64,000 bases of DNA from Entomortierella parvispora E1425 (lineage: Eukaryota > Fungi > Mortierellomycota). Position numbers and translations under genes: made by a program. The stretch is taken from contig BQFW01000002.1 in NCBI GenBank assembly GCA_020891255.1, forward strand, positions 1,054,001 through 1,118,000, in the 5' to 3' direction. The notes beneath the pieces are model-generated. The model did no database searches, was not told the origin of the DNA, and saw only the letters and a list, made by a program, of their open reading frames with translations. Every line of letters starts with the position of its first letter. The first letter of the stretch is position 1. Below, one piece after another: positions 46,817 to 59,077 of the stretch.

Positions 46817-47425
46817 ATGTCTGCCCCATCTGAGAGTGTATGTTTTCATCTTACTGTGCAATGCACGTATTTGCAGATCTTACAAACTTTTGGAAACTAA
46901 ACCAACCGCGGTATCGTTTAGATCCACAAGTATCACCTCGGCAATGGCTCCGGAACGCCTCGCAGCTCAACAAAGTCTGTTAGATCAGAACACAGGCCGT
47001 CCTTCTCCATAACCTTGCCAGCTTCGTTCTCAAAAAGTCAACAATTCCAAGCTCGAGTAATGACGGACTTCAGCGACGCCTTTACGAATGCGGATGGAGA
47101 AGTAGAATCTACTGCAGGATTTGAGGAGGCCTTGAACGGGACTGACAACAGACATTTACACGGCACAGAACCACATGTCCGAAGGAAGAGTGTCCAGTTC
47201 ATTCCTGGTGAGTGCAATTGCGTGGTGAGTTGCTTGTGGAAGAAAGGGTGTCCGTGTCATGTATGCTAACATCAGGACCTTTTTTTTTTTTTTTTTTTTT
47301 TTTTCATGATAGGTGAGGATGACAATTTGTTGAGACACGAGGCAAAAAATGGACTCCCAAAAACACCCTATCCTACCACAGAAGAACAAGACGCAAGGAT
47401 TCAAAGCACAATGTTTTCTCAATGA
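46817..47425 (+). CDS. Small uncharacterised protein, 3 exons, 139 aa, with RRKSVQF and PKTPYP motifs
   Basis: GCCACCATG start. Exons 46817-46837, 46922-47207 and 47313-47425 total 420 nt, with GTATGT/GTGAGT donors, CTAAAC/GCTAAC branch-like sites and TAG acceptors. Confidence 0.75.
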
Positions 47426-47570
47426 GAGAGTACTCCACTTATTTCTCTCATTTGTACATACACATAGCCCCTTATAAACAAAGAAATCTCGGGTACATCC
47501 CTCCTCTATTGGAGAATGAGGTGCCATGGTGCTTTATGTCAAAAATGAAATGCCTTGCTTAGTGCCGTCT

Positions 47571-49052
47571 CTAGAGTCCTCGTATCTGGCGGTCTCGACG
47601 AACTAGTTCCGCTAGCTGTCGAAAGTACGCCAGCTTGTCCTCTTTTCTGTATTGAGTGACTCGACCGCTGGTGCTGGGCATGACAAACATTCGACTGCCG
47701 CGTACGCCTCTGTTCAAAGTTCTCTTTGGACGTCCCTGTATTTTCTGTTCCTGAGTCTCCTCCTTGACCTTCAGAGGTTTAATATCCTCTGGTACCTCTG
47801 ACTTGACACGCACATCTGCTAAAGAAGATATTGGTCCAGTAGGCTCTTGCTTCACTGTTTCGGTGTTTTCGTGCTTGATAAACGGTGATGGGACTCCTTC
47901 ATTAGCCAGGTCATGTTCGAGCTTGGCAGGTGCAGGTCCATCCTCTAGGTAGGGTGCAAGCCGATATCCTTGAGAGTCCAAATTATTCTGGATAGCATGG
48001 CTCTTGTCATCATCTGGACTCAAAACGGCATGATCTTCCTCTTCATCGTACCAACTAAGCCAGGCAGTCTGCAGACCGAGACCAACGCCAGAGAACATAT
48101 CCCAGGCCTGTTTGCTTACAAAACAAACAAACCGAGGTCGATACTTCTTGATCTTGGCCGTCAGGACCGGCGCAGCCGCTCGACATTCGGCCACTGAAAG
48201 TTCGTTGCCCATTCGAGAGGGTCGATCGACAAGGTTAGTCAAGCCCATGTTGGCGACTGCTGGAAGAGAGGCATCATCGTCTGGTCCCATTTTGACTCCA
48301 GGGGGAAGCAACCCTAAAAATTAAAGTAAAATACAAAAGCAAAATGAGCAGATGTGCCGTGTATAGTTCCATGCCAATCGACGGGAGAAGGAGGACATAT
48401 GGCCTACCACTATCAGAAAGACATGGCCAAAAGTGGTTTGTTGGACCTGCAAAGTGGTGGCGTCGTTCACTACTCCGAACGCCAGGGTTGATTCCGACAA
48501 ACAACACATCGAGGTCATAGTCGATAATATCTGGTAGCAGGTTGAGGTGCGCATAGACCTCTGGGGCTGAGTATCCTGTATTGCATCCTTGCGACTTCAG
48601 GGCCCTCTAAAATGCAGCAATGATTAGTATCAGCACGCGTTAAAATAATGTATGAGAACAAGGATTCTCCTCTCCAGAAAAAGCCAACCGTGACAATCGA
48701 CCACAATCAAAGATCATATCAGCTTTTTCTCCTCTTTGATTTCCACCTTGACCTTCTCTTTCTTGATCGCCTTGACCACCGGCTCGCGCTTGTAATGAGG
48801 CCGCGACTTGATACAGTCTGCGCCGATGACTCGTGAGTTCGAAGGACGAGCATTGGGATGCGGGGTGCTGAGCCTTAAGCTCTTTCGGGTGCGGAAGGCG
48901 AGACTAGAGGACGTCGATCCTTCCTCAGAGTCTTCAGCGGCGGCCAAATCCGAGGAAGACTCGCGTTTGCGGACATTGTTCTGGTTTGTTTGGTTGTCTT
49001 GACTCTCACTTTCGTGTTTAAACCTTGAGACGAAGGATGTGAACGTAGCCAT
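47571..49052 (-). CDS. TDG: G:T/U mismatch-specific DNA glycosylase (TDG/MUG family), 3 exons
   Basis: Motifs LFVGINPG, HHFAGPTNHFW, MGLTNLVDRP and FVMPSTSGR. The intron 1 donor is non-consensus. Confidence 0.88.
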
Positions 49053-49246
49053 GATGGTGGAAGGAAGATGTGAAGACAAAAAGGAGAGGAATAAGAATGG
49101 AAAGAGTGAAGAAAGGAAAAAAGGAGAGTGAATGATGCATGTTCATGTCCATGTGCCAGGGTCCATGCGCTCTCATGGTGGCAACGAGGAAGATGGACGG
49201 AAGCGCCACCAAAAGATTTTTTTGGCAAAGTATCACGTGCCTTAGT

Positions 49247-49261
49247 CGAGTCTTCTAGAAC
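49247..49261. promoter_or_regulatory. Heat-shock element (cGAGtcTTCtaGAAc) in the TDG/STI1 divergent promoter
   Basis: Perfect TTCnnGAA at 49253-49260 plus a one-mismatch third unit, about 90 bp upstream of the STI1 ATG. CACGTG lies at 49234. Confidence 0.6.
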
Positions 49262-49344
49262 GAAGGAAGGAGCGAAAAGGTGTGCGTGAACATTTCACGT
49301 CAAACGCACTTCTTTCCTTTCACCCACACCTCACATCATCCGCA

Positions 49345-51284
49345 ATGGTAATAGCGTGCACTCCATGTTTCCACATTTCCTCCTCTCTTGTTCTCCCATC
49401 TATGATGTCCTGTGGCCTATCCACATCAGCTCGCGTGGGATAATCGTCTAATCTATTTGTTTTCTTCCGGTGACATTTAGGCTGAAGAATTCAAAGCTCA
49501 GGGCAACAAGGCCTTCCTTGCCAAGGACTTCCCTACCGCCATCGACTTTTTCTCGAAGGCTATCGAACTCGACTCCAGCAACCATGTCCTCTACTCCAAC
49601 CGCTCTGCCTGCTATGCTTCTCAGAAGAACTACGAGAAGGCTCTCGAGGATGGTGAGAAGACCGTGGAGCTGAAGCCTGATTGGGCCAAGGGTTTTGGAC
49701 GCAAGGCCGCTGCCCTGTTCGGACTCGGCCGTTACCCCGATGCTAACGATGTCTATGAGGCTGGATTGAAGTTGGAGCCTACCAATGTGCTCTTGCAGAA
49801 GGGTCTCCAAGAGACTCAGCAGGCCATGGAGAAGGGTAGGTCTTTATGTAGATTATTGTTCGTAAATCAAAGTTCAATACGTGCTGACCCACATTACCTC
49901 CCTTTATTCTTTGGCAATTGGATCAGAGGCCAGCATGGGAATCGGTCAGTTCTTTGGACCCGATGTTTTCACAAAGATGGCTGCCAACCCCAAGTTGGCT
50001 CCTTTGTTGTCGCAGCCTGATCTTATGGAGAAGGTTCGTGCTATCCAGGCCAACCCCAAGGCATTGAACCAGCACATGCAGGATCCCAGGATTATGAACT
50101 TGTTGATGGGCTTGATGGGACTCGGTGCTGGACCCGAGGATGGCTCTAGCCCTATGGATGAAGATCCCAGCCCACAGTCTCCTCCCACCTATACTTCCAA
50201 GCCTGACGAGCCCAAGCCCACACCCAAGAAGGAGGAGCCCAAGCAGGAAGAGCCCAAGGAGGAAGAGATGCCCAGTGAAGAGGAAATCAACAAGAAGGAG
50301 GCTTTGAAGGCTAAGGATCTTGGAAACGCCAGCTATAAGGCCAAGAAGTTTGAAGAGGCTTTGGAGCACTACAGCAAGGCCTGGGAGTTGGACCCCACCA
50401 ATGTCTCCATTTTGACCAACAAGGCCGCTGTCTACTTTGAAATGGGCAACTTTGACGACTGCATCAAGAACTGCGAGGAGGCTATTGAAGTCGGTCGCGA
50501 GTACCGTGCTGACTACAAGTTGATTGCCAAGGCTCTTGGAAGAATTGGAACTGCCTACTCCAAGCAGAACAAGTTCCCCGAAGCCATCAGATATTACGAG
50601 AAGTCCTTGACCGAGCACCGCACACCTGATATTCTCGCCAAGCTTAAGGAGGTCGAGAAGGCGAAGGCAAAGGCAGATAAGGAGGCTTACAGAGACGTCA
50701 ACCTCTCTGCTGAGGCCCGTGATCGTGGCAATGCCTTGTTCAAGAAGAGCGACTTTGCTGGAGCTGTCAAGGAGTACACAGAGGCTATCAAGCGTGATGA
50801 CACTGACCCTCGCGCCTACTCCAACCGTGCTGCCTGCTACACCAAGCTGATGGCTATTAACGAGGCTTTGAAGGACTGCGAGGCCTGCATCGCTTTGGAC
50901 CCCAAGTTTGTGAAGGGATATATCCGCAAGGCTGCTATTCAATTCTTGAAGAAGGAGTACACTGAGTGCTTGGAGACCTGCCAGCAGGCCAAGGATGCCG
51001 ATGTCGAGAAGAAGAACACCGTGGAGATTGACCAGCAGATCAACAAGGTGTATACCGAGATGAGCAGAGGTCCTACTCGCCGTGAGGGTGAGACCGAAGC
51101 CGAGACTTTGGCAAGGGCACAGCAGGATCCCGAGGTCCAGCGGATCATGGGTGACCCAGCAATGCGCAGCATTTTGCAGCAAATGCAGGAGGATCCACAG
51201 GCCGCTCAGGACCACATGAAGAACCCCATGGTTGCTGCCAACATTCGCAAGTTGGTTGCTGCAGGTATCATCCGACTCGGATAA
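49345..51284 (+). CDS. STI1: Sti1/HOP Hsp70-Hsp90 organising protein, 3 exons, 571 aa
   Basis: ATG-only first coding exon 49345-49347, then exons 49481-49835 and 49927-51284. Three TPR domains and two DP domains, ending in AAGIIRLG. Confidence 0.96.
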
Positions 51285-51744
51285 AGCAAAACGACAAAAC
51301 ATGAAAAAATAAAAAGAGTGGTTCCTACGTATACACGTGACCTGGTTACATCACGTGCATGGCAACGATGAAAACGAAGTTTGCATGTGAGCATGTAACT
51401 CTCTCATACCTCCCCTCCTGATCATGGCAGTTCGTTACACTCATTTAATCTCACGGTAGAAACCAGTAGCTAAGGACAAGTCAAACAGTATTGAAATTGT
51501 TATGACAGTTTGTTGACAGGAAATCGAGTCCGTTCTTTTTGTTTCTAGGAGAGGCGACGTTGTTTTCTCACTAGCATGCGGCTTCGGTGCCTACTTTTTA
51601 TACGAACGCGATCACCCCCGAGAATGGACCCTTCAACAACTCGTGCAGCGCAAGATTGAGAGAGTACGGACAGAGGGCTGGTTCCCTGAGAGCTCATAAT
51701 AAAACACCATCCGTATTACTGTACTCCATTGACTGGCAGTCACT

Positions 51745-51758
51745 TTTTGCCGCCAAAA
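51745..51758. promoter_or_regulatory. Overlapping inverted E2F-like sites (TTTTGCCGCCAAAA) upstream of PSF2
   Basis: TTTGCCGC on the plus strand fits TTTSSCGC, and TTTGGCGG is on the minus strand. About 60 bp upstream of the ATG. Confidence 0.4.
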
Positions 51759-51816
51759 TTGGCTCAGGGACAAAATGGCACTCATGCATCTTTGCTTTCT
51801 TCTGAATACCACATCA

Positions 51817-53017
51817 ATGGCATTACCACGGCATCTTAAGAACGGACTTACGCCACTCGAAATCGAATTCCTGGCCGAGAATGAACCCATAGAGATTGCT
51901 GCTGCTATCGACACGAGACAAGATCTGGAATTGATTGCGGTACTTTCAAAACAAAATGAATGCAGTGGAGGCACGAACACCGGAGAGAATACAGAGCCAG
52001 GAGCAGGTGGACAAGGGAGACGCCTTCCTGCAATGTCTGACTGGAAGAAGTCGTAGCGAAAGCTTTTGGCGTGGTAGTTATGTTATCTCAGTCATCATCA
52101 TGTTACGCGCTGCTCACTTTGCATTTATATCTACTTTTTATCCAGGGCACGTTGCCGCCATTAAGGCCACTTCAGCTGAGTCAAGTACCACTATGGCTTG
52201 CGATTTCGCTAAAGAAAAAACACAAGTGCTCGATTGTGCCGCCTCAGTGGATGTCTGTTGGTAGGGAGCTTGGTCATGGGATAACAGAAAAGAGATTTCG
52301 CATGTACTCTCAAAACCTGGACTGACCTAAAATTTTCATTTTGGACTAAATAGAATCATTACAGAAGTCTTTGAGCGATGAGCAGGAGCATCTCCAGTTC
52401 AGTACCCTGCCGTATCACTACATGGAAACAGCTCAAATATTGCTAGAAAAGTAAAAGGCCGTTACTCAATTCCTCCAGGTCTCGAGTATTTGATCCGCGC
52501 GGAGCGATTTCTGACGTTTTTTTTTGTTTTTTTTATTTTTTTATTGATAGTGCGTGTGACGATATCCCTTCTCCAGACTCAGTGCGCAAGCTACTTAAGG
52601 ATCTTCGAGAGACAAGGCAGGCAAAAGCGCGTATGGGTGTTGCAGAACTAGACGCAAGCAACGTGCAGGTAAAATAGACGATTTACCTCTTTATGTCACT
52701 TCTGTCGGCTGGGTCATCTTGACAAACTACTTTGATAGGATGTTTGCCAAAGCTGAAGGCGTACCTCTTTTTTGATTATCTGATACTAGATGGATAACAT
52801 CGGACTCATGGAAATCAATGAAATTCGGCCTTTCTTCACAAAAGCATTCTACGAACTCCAAAAATTAAAACCTGCTGGACAAGCGTTGGATACTTTTGGA
52901 GGTTCGACACAGGACTACGGTGGATTCGATGGTACGGCTTCTCTTGGAAGTACTTTACCAGAAACATCGCGCTTCAACCGATCAACTACACATGGATCTA
53001 GAGGCGATGCAAGATAG
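51817..53017 (+). CDS. PSF2: GINS complex subunit Psf2, 5 exons
   Basis: Motifs EIEFLAENE, VPLWLAISLKK..CSIVPPQW, LPYHYME, DLRETRQAK and GLMEINEIRPF. Confidence 0.95.
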
Positions 53018-56000
53018 CAACATATTAAAGACACCCCACGTCGCCTTGTATTATTTTCAATTCAGTTCAACTTATTCATCCAGAGTGATAATAATGGCCT
53101 GGGTGTGGATACGACTTGTGGTAACTAACCTGTCTGGACACGTGGGGTCGCTCACTCCATGCACTTTTGCATTACAGAACTTTTGGAGGTTCAAAAGTTT
53201 ATTCGTATCTCGCCACATGGGAACGCCACAGCCAGAGCCCAATCCAAACATGCAAAAGGAGACAGAGGTCCTCTGGAAGTTTCTTCGCCCCACCCCCTTG
53301 TTGCCCGATTTTGGAATAACACGAGCGGTTGACGACCACTGGTTTGAATCCTCGCTTTTAATTCGTCCGTTTTTTCTTTGGTTCTCCTCCGTTTCCTTCC
53401 AACGATTAGACAAGAGCCGAGAACAAAGGAGGCGAGGGAAACAAAGATGGAACGCGTGCAAAGTGGATTGGGTGGTGAGAGAAGGCAAGACTAGGGCGCC
53501 TGTGTAGTCCAAGGTGAGATAGAATGAAACATAGGACATGAGAAGAGTCTGTGCACACGGACAAACAGGATCGGCCGGCATCTTCAGCAAAAACAGTGGA
53601 GCACACCACTATTTTGAAGAAGAGGAAAGCGAATTGCAGTCGAGGGCGACTCGGTTTCGTATCGATGGCCAGGCCAACTGATCTCTTTTCTCTTCCCGAG
53701 ATAAACATACTCCCTCTCCTCATTGTCTCTTTGCATAAAGGTAGACCGTGGACTCTGATGATCATACAATACAAATCGGCGTGCCGATCTTGTATATCTT
53801 TTGTCAAAGAGACAGAGCCACAGAGTCTTCTTTTCCATTTTTTTTTTATGATCAAACGAGGGTCTCTTGTTGTTGTTTCCACTCTTCGCGCCAGAACTCC
53901 AACATAAATACTAAGCACAGATTAACTGTTATTGAAAAGAGAGATTGAGGACGAACATCTCTTTTGCGATGTTACGCTACAGGGGAGCGTGAGGGATGCA
54001 GAAACTAACGCACCGCAGCGCCTGTGATTGTCTGAAGAGGGCTTTACTTCTGTAGGTAAGACGGTCTGGATGGAGCCTGACAAAACTGGCCAACATCGAA
54101 TGAGAGATAAAACAAACTAAGGGGTTGGAGAAAATGAAAATGCCTCGCTTTTCTACACTGGACCTCTGCTGTCGGACATCCTCTCTCACGCAGTGAATTT
54201 TGCCAGAACGAAGAAGAGAAATATCCAATATCCTAGTTTGTTGTCAAGTCAACATGCAGAAGCGTTGGTCCAAGAGACGCAGGTGCCTCCTGCCGCCTTG
54301 GGTTGATCCCGCTTTCCTCGTCACCTTTGACTCAGGCCGTCCAAATCTTTTTGAACACAAGGAGGCGCTCTTGCCTCAGGTGCATCCTCTCCTTTGCAGT
54401 TGCGTTTGGACGTCAACAACATTGTCGGTCCACAGAGGGCAAACTGAACAACTTAGTCACTTTTGGGTCGATTGATTTAGCCAACAATGCTGAAATTAGG
54501 GCGGGTGGTCAAACGTTTTTCTTGGTCCAGACAGGTATGACGAAGACCAAGACAGCTTTCTCGTCTTGCCCGGTGTTAATTTTTCAATGTGGCTGCACAG
54601 TTCCGAGCAGAGTGTGGGAATAACAAGACATGACAGCAGCCTCGAGCTGAGTTCCTTGTGCGCTTGGTTATGATAGATGCTCAGGCTGCGTTGGAACCCG
54701 GCACAGGGAAGGGCGCCAAAAAAAACGCGATTGGGTGTCGTTGATTGCTCAAAGACATACGGTCCAATCTTCCACTCTCTTGGTTGGAATAATGTTCGAG
54801 ACCACCCCTTGCGTGCGTTCACACTGATTTTGAATTGAAGAAGACAATTGAAAAGCGGCCATCTTCCGTGCCTAGATACCAATACATCGGATCTATCCAA
54901 GGTTCGGGGGGCCCTGCCTCTATTCCTGTCGACTTTTTTTTTGTAAGCGAGAAGAAAATCAAATCCTGCATTGTAGCTACAATAAAAAGGTGACCTTCCT
55001 CCAGCCCTCTTCTGGCAACCCCCACACTTTCCTTTCCCCAGATTTGCATAGAATCTTGTCCCCAGCAATAGAAAACAACTTTCAGGTAAAGCCCGTCGTC
55101 CTTCCAGCAATATTTTGCAACCCACAATGCAGGCCTGGGAAATCATTCTTGTTAGAGCCTATTTCTATCACAGAGACATGTCGGCAAGCGTGGCCCCCTT
55201 TTCAGTCATCCCTGCTCTAATGGCGTTAGTCGTTTTGGTTTGTTCTTGTCTTTGATGTCTTTCAGATTTGATGTACTTTGGCGCTATTGGACTTAGCCGC
55301 TGTACCTCTCCCTTTGACCGGTCGAGTTTCTGCCGCGAATGTATCCTCCCCTGAATTGTCATTGATTGCCTTTTTTTTCTGCATCGCATTACTCGCTTTG
55401 AAGGTTTGTTTTCTGTCCCACTGCTCTTCTTGTGTCCTGTGGACGGATGAGTGCATGCGTTGCATGCTGTTTTTTTCCTTTTTTTGTCTCCTGATTTTGG
55501 GATACTGCTTCGACCCCTCCTTGAATGTCCCCCCCACTCGTCATTGTGCGGATCAACTCGGACCTGTATGCCTAGAAAGGGTTCTCCTGCGAAAGAATGA
55601 CAACTTCCTTTCATCACCACTTACCTTCAGTCCTTGCTGACTTCCTTTTGTTCTTTCGCCATCTTTTCTATTCCTTGACATCACTACTGAAACAACAGTT
55701 CCTTGGCGCAAGTTGTTCCCCCCCTCTTTTCCACCCCAAAATACTGATTCCACTGAGCGGGTCGTTGTCGTCATCAGCACCATCATTACAGGCACTGTCG
55801 TCGTCATCCGGAGACCCCCCTCTTTTCTCTGTCTCCATTCCCTTTTCATGACATCCTCAGTTAGTTTCATTTTTCCTTTCAGTTCATAAGCAATTGAACT
55901 TGGTCTTGCTCTTGTTTCCTGTGCGAGGACGGTCTCACAAGAAGGTAAGAGATATGAAGACACATGGAATCAAATGAACTCTTGATCAAACGACGGCCCA

Positions 56001-56727
56001 ACCACCTTCACCCATACGGCGCCGCGCTTTATCATCTGCGAGCACAGGCTTGATAATTCGAGCAGTACTGTCCCAAAAACACTCACAGACACACCCACGG
56101 ACACCCACAACACACCCACGCAGGCACAAAGCACCCTGCAAACAGATGCACCTACAGACAGATACGGGCTCATGGAAAAAAAAAGAAAAAGAAAGCGGAA
56201 CGAACAGTCACGTTCGCGTCGGACACGACGCGCTTCTCCCTCCCTCCCTCTCTCGTCTGTCCTCTCTCCTCTCCGCTGGGAAGGGAAGGATGTGCGTCTT
56301 TCCCTGTGTGTGTCTGTGTCTGTCTGCGTGTGTCTGTGTGCAAAGAACGAAAACTGACCGAGGTCTTGGGAGCGCACCCCCCCACAGTCGACGATAGTCT
56401 GCTCCACCCGTCCATCATTGCCGTCCTTCCACTCTTTCTCGCTTGTTCCTCTTCCTCTTCCTCTTCCTCTGCCCTCTCTCTCTTCTTCTTCCTCTTCTTC
56501 TTTGCACCCTTCTTGAACACACTCACTGAACCTAACCTTGACTCATTCAACTAACAACTTTCATTCTTTACCCATTCTTCATTCCTGCTCATTCAACCTC
56601 TGCAATTCAACTCAGCGGCTATTCCCACAGCTCCTACTCTCTCAGTCTTTTCTTGTCTTCACCTCCTTCTATCTCCTTCTTCAACCTTTTCATCCAATTG
56701 TACAATTCACGCTCGCGCCTCTCAACT

Positions 56728-58841
56728 ATGACACCATCCTCCACATCGTTGGGCGCCGTTCGGAGACTCCCACAAAGCATCAACAACGGATCACTGATCC
56801 TCCAGGACATGCTCGGTGTCGGTGCCTATGGGGCTGTGTATCGAGCAATCGACACAACCACAGCCGAAATCAGGGCCGTGAAGTGCCTACACACCTCAGG
56901 ACTCGACAGTCGCCAGAGAGCCTTTCAGAACCATGAAGCCTCTCTACATGCATTGGTCTCTGGCCACCCAAACATTGCTACGTTACACAAGGTGTTGGAG
57001 GAGGAGGACTGCCTGTACATGGTGCTGGATTGCGGGGTCGAGGGCGATCTGTTCTTCACTATCACAGAACGAGGAGGGTTTGTAGGGAACGAGGTCGCTA
57101 TCAAGTCCATCTTTGGTCAAATAGCCAGTGCAGTTGAGCACTGCCATTCCCTTGGCGTCTATCATCGAGACCTGAAGGTAAGAACGATCCAACACACACA
57201 CAAAAAAAGAAAAAAGGCACCCAAAAAAAAGGATTCAGACAGAGTTCAGAAGAACGGGCTTCATCAAAGATGCTTTCATTACTGTGCTCGGGCGAAGGTG
57301 GAGGAGAACTACGGGCACAAAAACACAGTAAACACACCCTTGACAAACACACACACGAACACACAACACAAATAGGCGCACATTCACAATAGTATTGCAG
57401 CATTCAATCGAACACAAAAAGTCTTTGTTCCTCCATTCAAGGTTTTACTCACAAAACAAAAGAGAGGGAACAAAATGGGGCAGGGTGCCATTTCATGAAG
57501 GACAAGAGAGAAAAAAAAAAAGGACAAAAAAAGAGGGGACAGAACAGCCTCGTGTGAACACTGCAGCAAACCCCTCTCCCTTCCCCTTCCCCTCTTCTCC
57601 CATCCCCTTCCTCGAATGAGATGCTTCGGTCTACGTGCCCCTCCTTCTCCTCGAGCAGAATCGCGGACTAACGGACTCGGCCTCAGGGCATCGGAATGGG
57701 GGGGGGGGGGAGAGAAACACCCAAGGGGAAAGAAGGCACGCGGGACATAGGAACGCGTCGGTCATCTGTCGCGCCGCAATAGGCGTGGTTTCAGACCCAG
57801 GATAATGGGATGGCTGAATAATAAAGTACATCGCAGAAGGGGATGAAGAGGCGTCCAAGAGATGATATGCAGTGGAGCCACGAGTGGTTCAATCGATAAC
57901 GAGGCCCTACAGATACTGACCCACATTTTCCATCTTCTACATCTAATTGCTCCTTTGTCATCATCACTCCAGCCGGAGAACATCATCATGTTCGGCAGCA
58001 CAGTCAAGCTCGTTGATTTCGGTCTCGCCACAACGGAAAAGACCTCGAGCGATTTTGGTTGTGGATCTACTTTTTATTTATCCCCTGGTGAGTGTTCATC
58101 ACAATTGGCGGTCGAATGTCTCGCTCTGACTTTGCTGTTGTGACAACAACATGCCTGTTGTGTTTTAGCACCCCCTTTCGACCAACTCATTCCCTTGAAC
58201 GATGCATTAACCAGATGCGCTCTTTTTTCTTTTCGTTCCCCTCAATTGTGTTCTATTCACTCTTGTCGTCCTCAACATGGATCCATCCGATAGAATGCCA
58301 AGGGGGCTACGTCGAATCGGTGAAGAGCTACGACAGTGCAGCAAATGATGTATGGTCACTGGGCGTGATACTCATCAACCTAGTCTTTGGACGGAATCCA
58401 TGGAAGCAGGCATGCCCGAGAGACGATACCTTCTCTGCTTATGTCGTCAACAACAACTTTCTTCAGACCATCCTACCCATGTCTACCGAACTGAACGAGA
58501 TCATCAAGTCTGTCTTTTGTCTAAACCCAAAGAAGAGGATTTCACTCCCAGAGCTGACAAGACGCGTTCTCGAGTGTCCATGTTTTACCTCGCCAGATTT
58601 TTCAGCACCCCCTCCTCCCTCGACTCCTACTGCTGTTGCGGATGCCGCCTCCCCTCGGACGGTCACAAAGACAAGGGCGACCATGATTGCGGCCCAAACA
58701 GCGGCAGCGTCCATCCACCTTGTGAAAGGAGGAGCACCGACCACGACCACCGCGATCGGATCATGTATGGGATCGGACTCTGAACAGCAGCAACAAGGGC
58801 TGGGACAAGATTCGGGTGTTGACTTTCATTCGATGGCATGA
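56728..58841 (+). CDS. Ran1/Pat1/Sks1-like Ser/Thr kinase, 3 exons, 370 aa
   Basis: Exons 56728-57177, 57973-58087 and 58294-58841. Motifs LGVGAYGAV, HRDLKPEN, DFGLAT, FGCGSTFYLSPEC and GRNPW. Confidence 0.9.
57698..57710 (+). repeat. G13 homopolymer in kinase intron 1
   Basis: Seen directly. Confidence 0.85.
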
Positions 58842-59077
58842 GATTTCTTGTCTCGCCAGCTCCATTGCTCTCTCGCGAGAGATCTGTCTATATTCTCTTT
58901 CTTTCTCTGCATTGGTCAGTCGGGGCCCATGCGTCGCGCGCGCGAGGCGTTCATCAACCTTCTCTCTCTCTCTCTCTTTTCCAACACAATCTCCGTGTAC
59001 TATTTCTCGTCTACATCTTTGTCTGGAGGATGGAAATCTGCCTCGAATGCAGAACTTACTGGAGAGGTACCCTGACC

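Noticed and set aside
35160-51284. Functional clustering (SGT1+STI1; RFC3+PSF2+TDG; HIT+CYTH hydrolases)
   Set aside because: The genes are interspersed with unrelated housekeeping genes, so there is no evidence of a cluster.
54970-54983. 14-bp perfect palindrome ATTGTAGCTACAAT
   Set aside because: About four such palindromes are expected by chance in 64 kb.
53018-56700. Several 100-216 aa ORFs in the PSF2-kinase intergenic region
   Set aside because: Random-like composition, no motifs, and no coherent exon chain.
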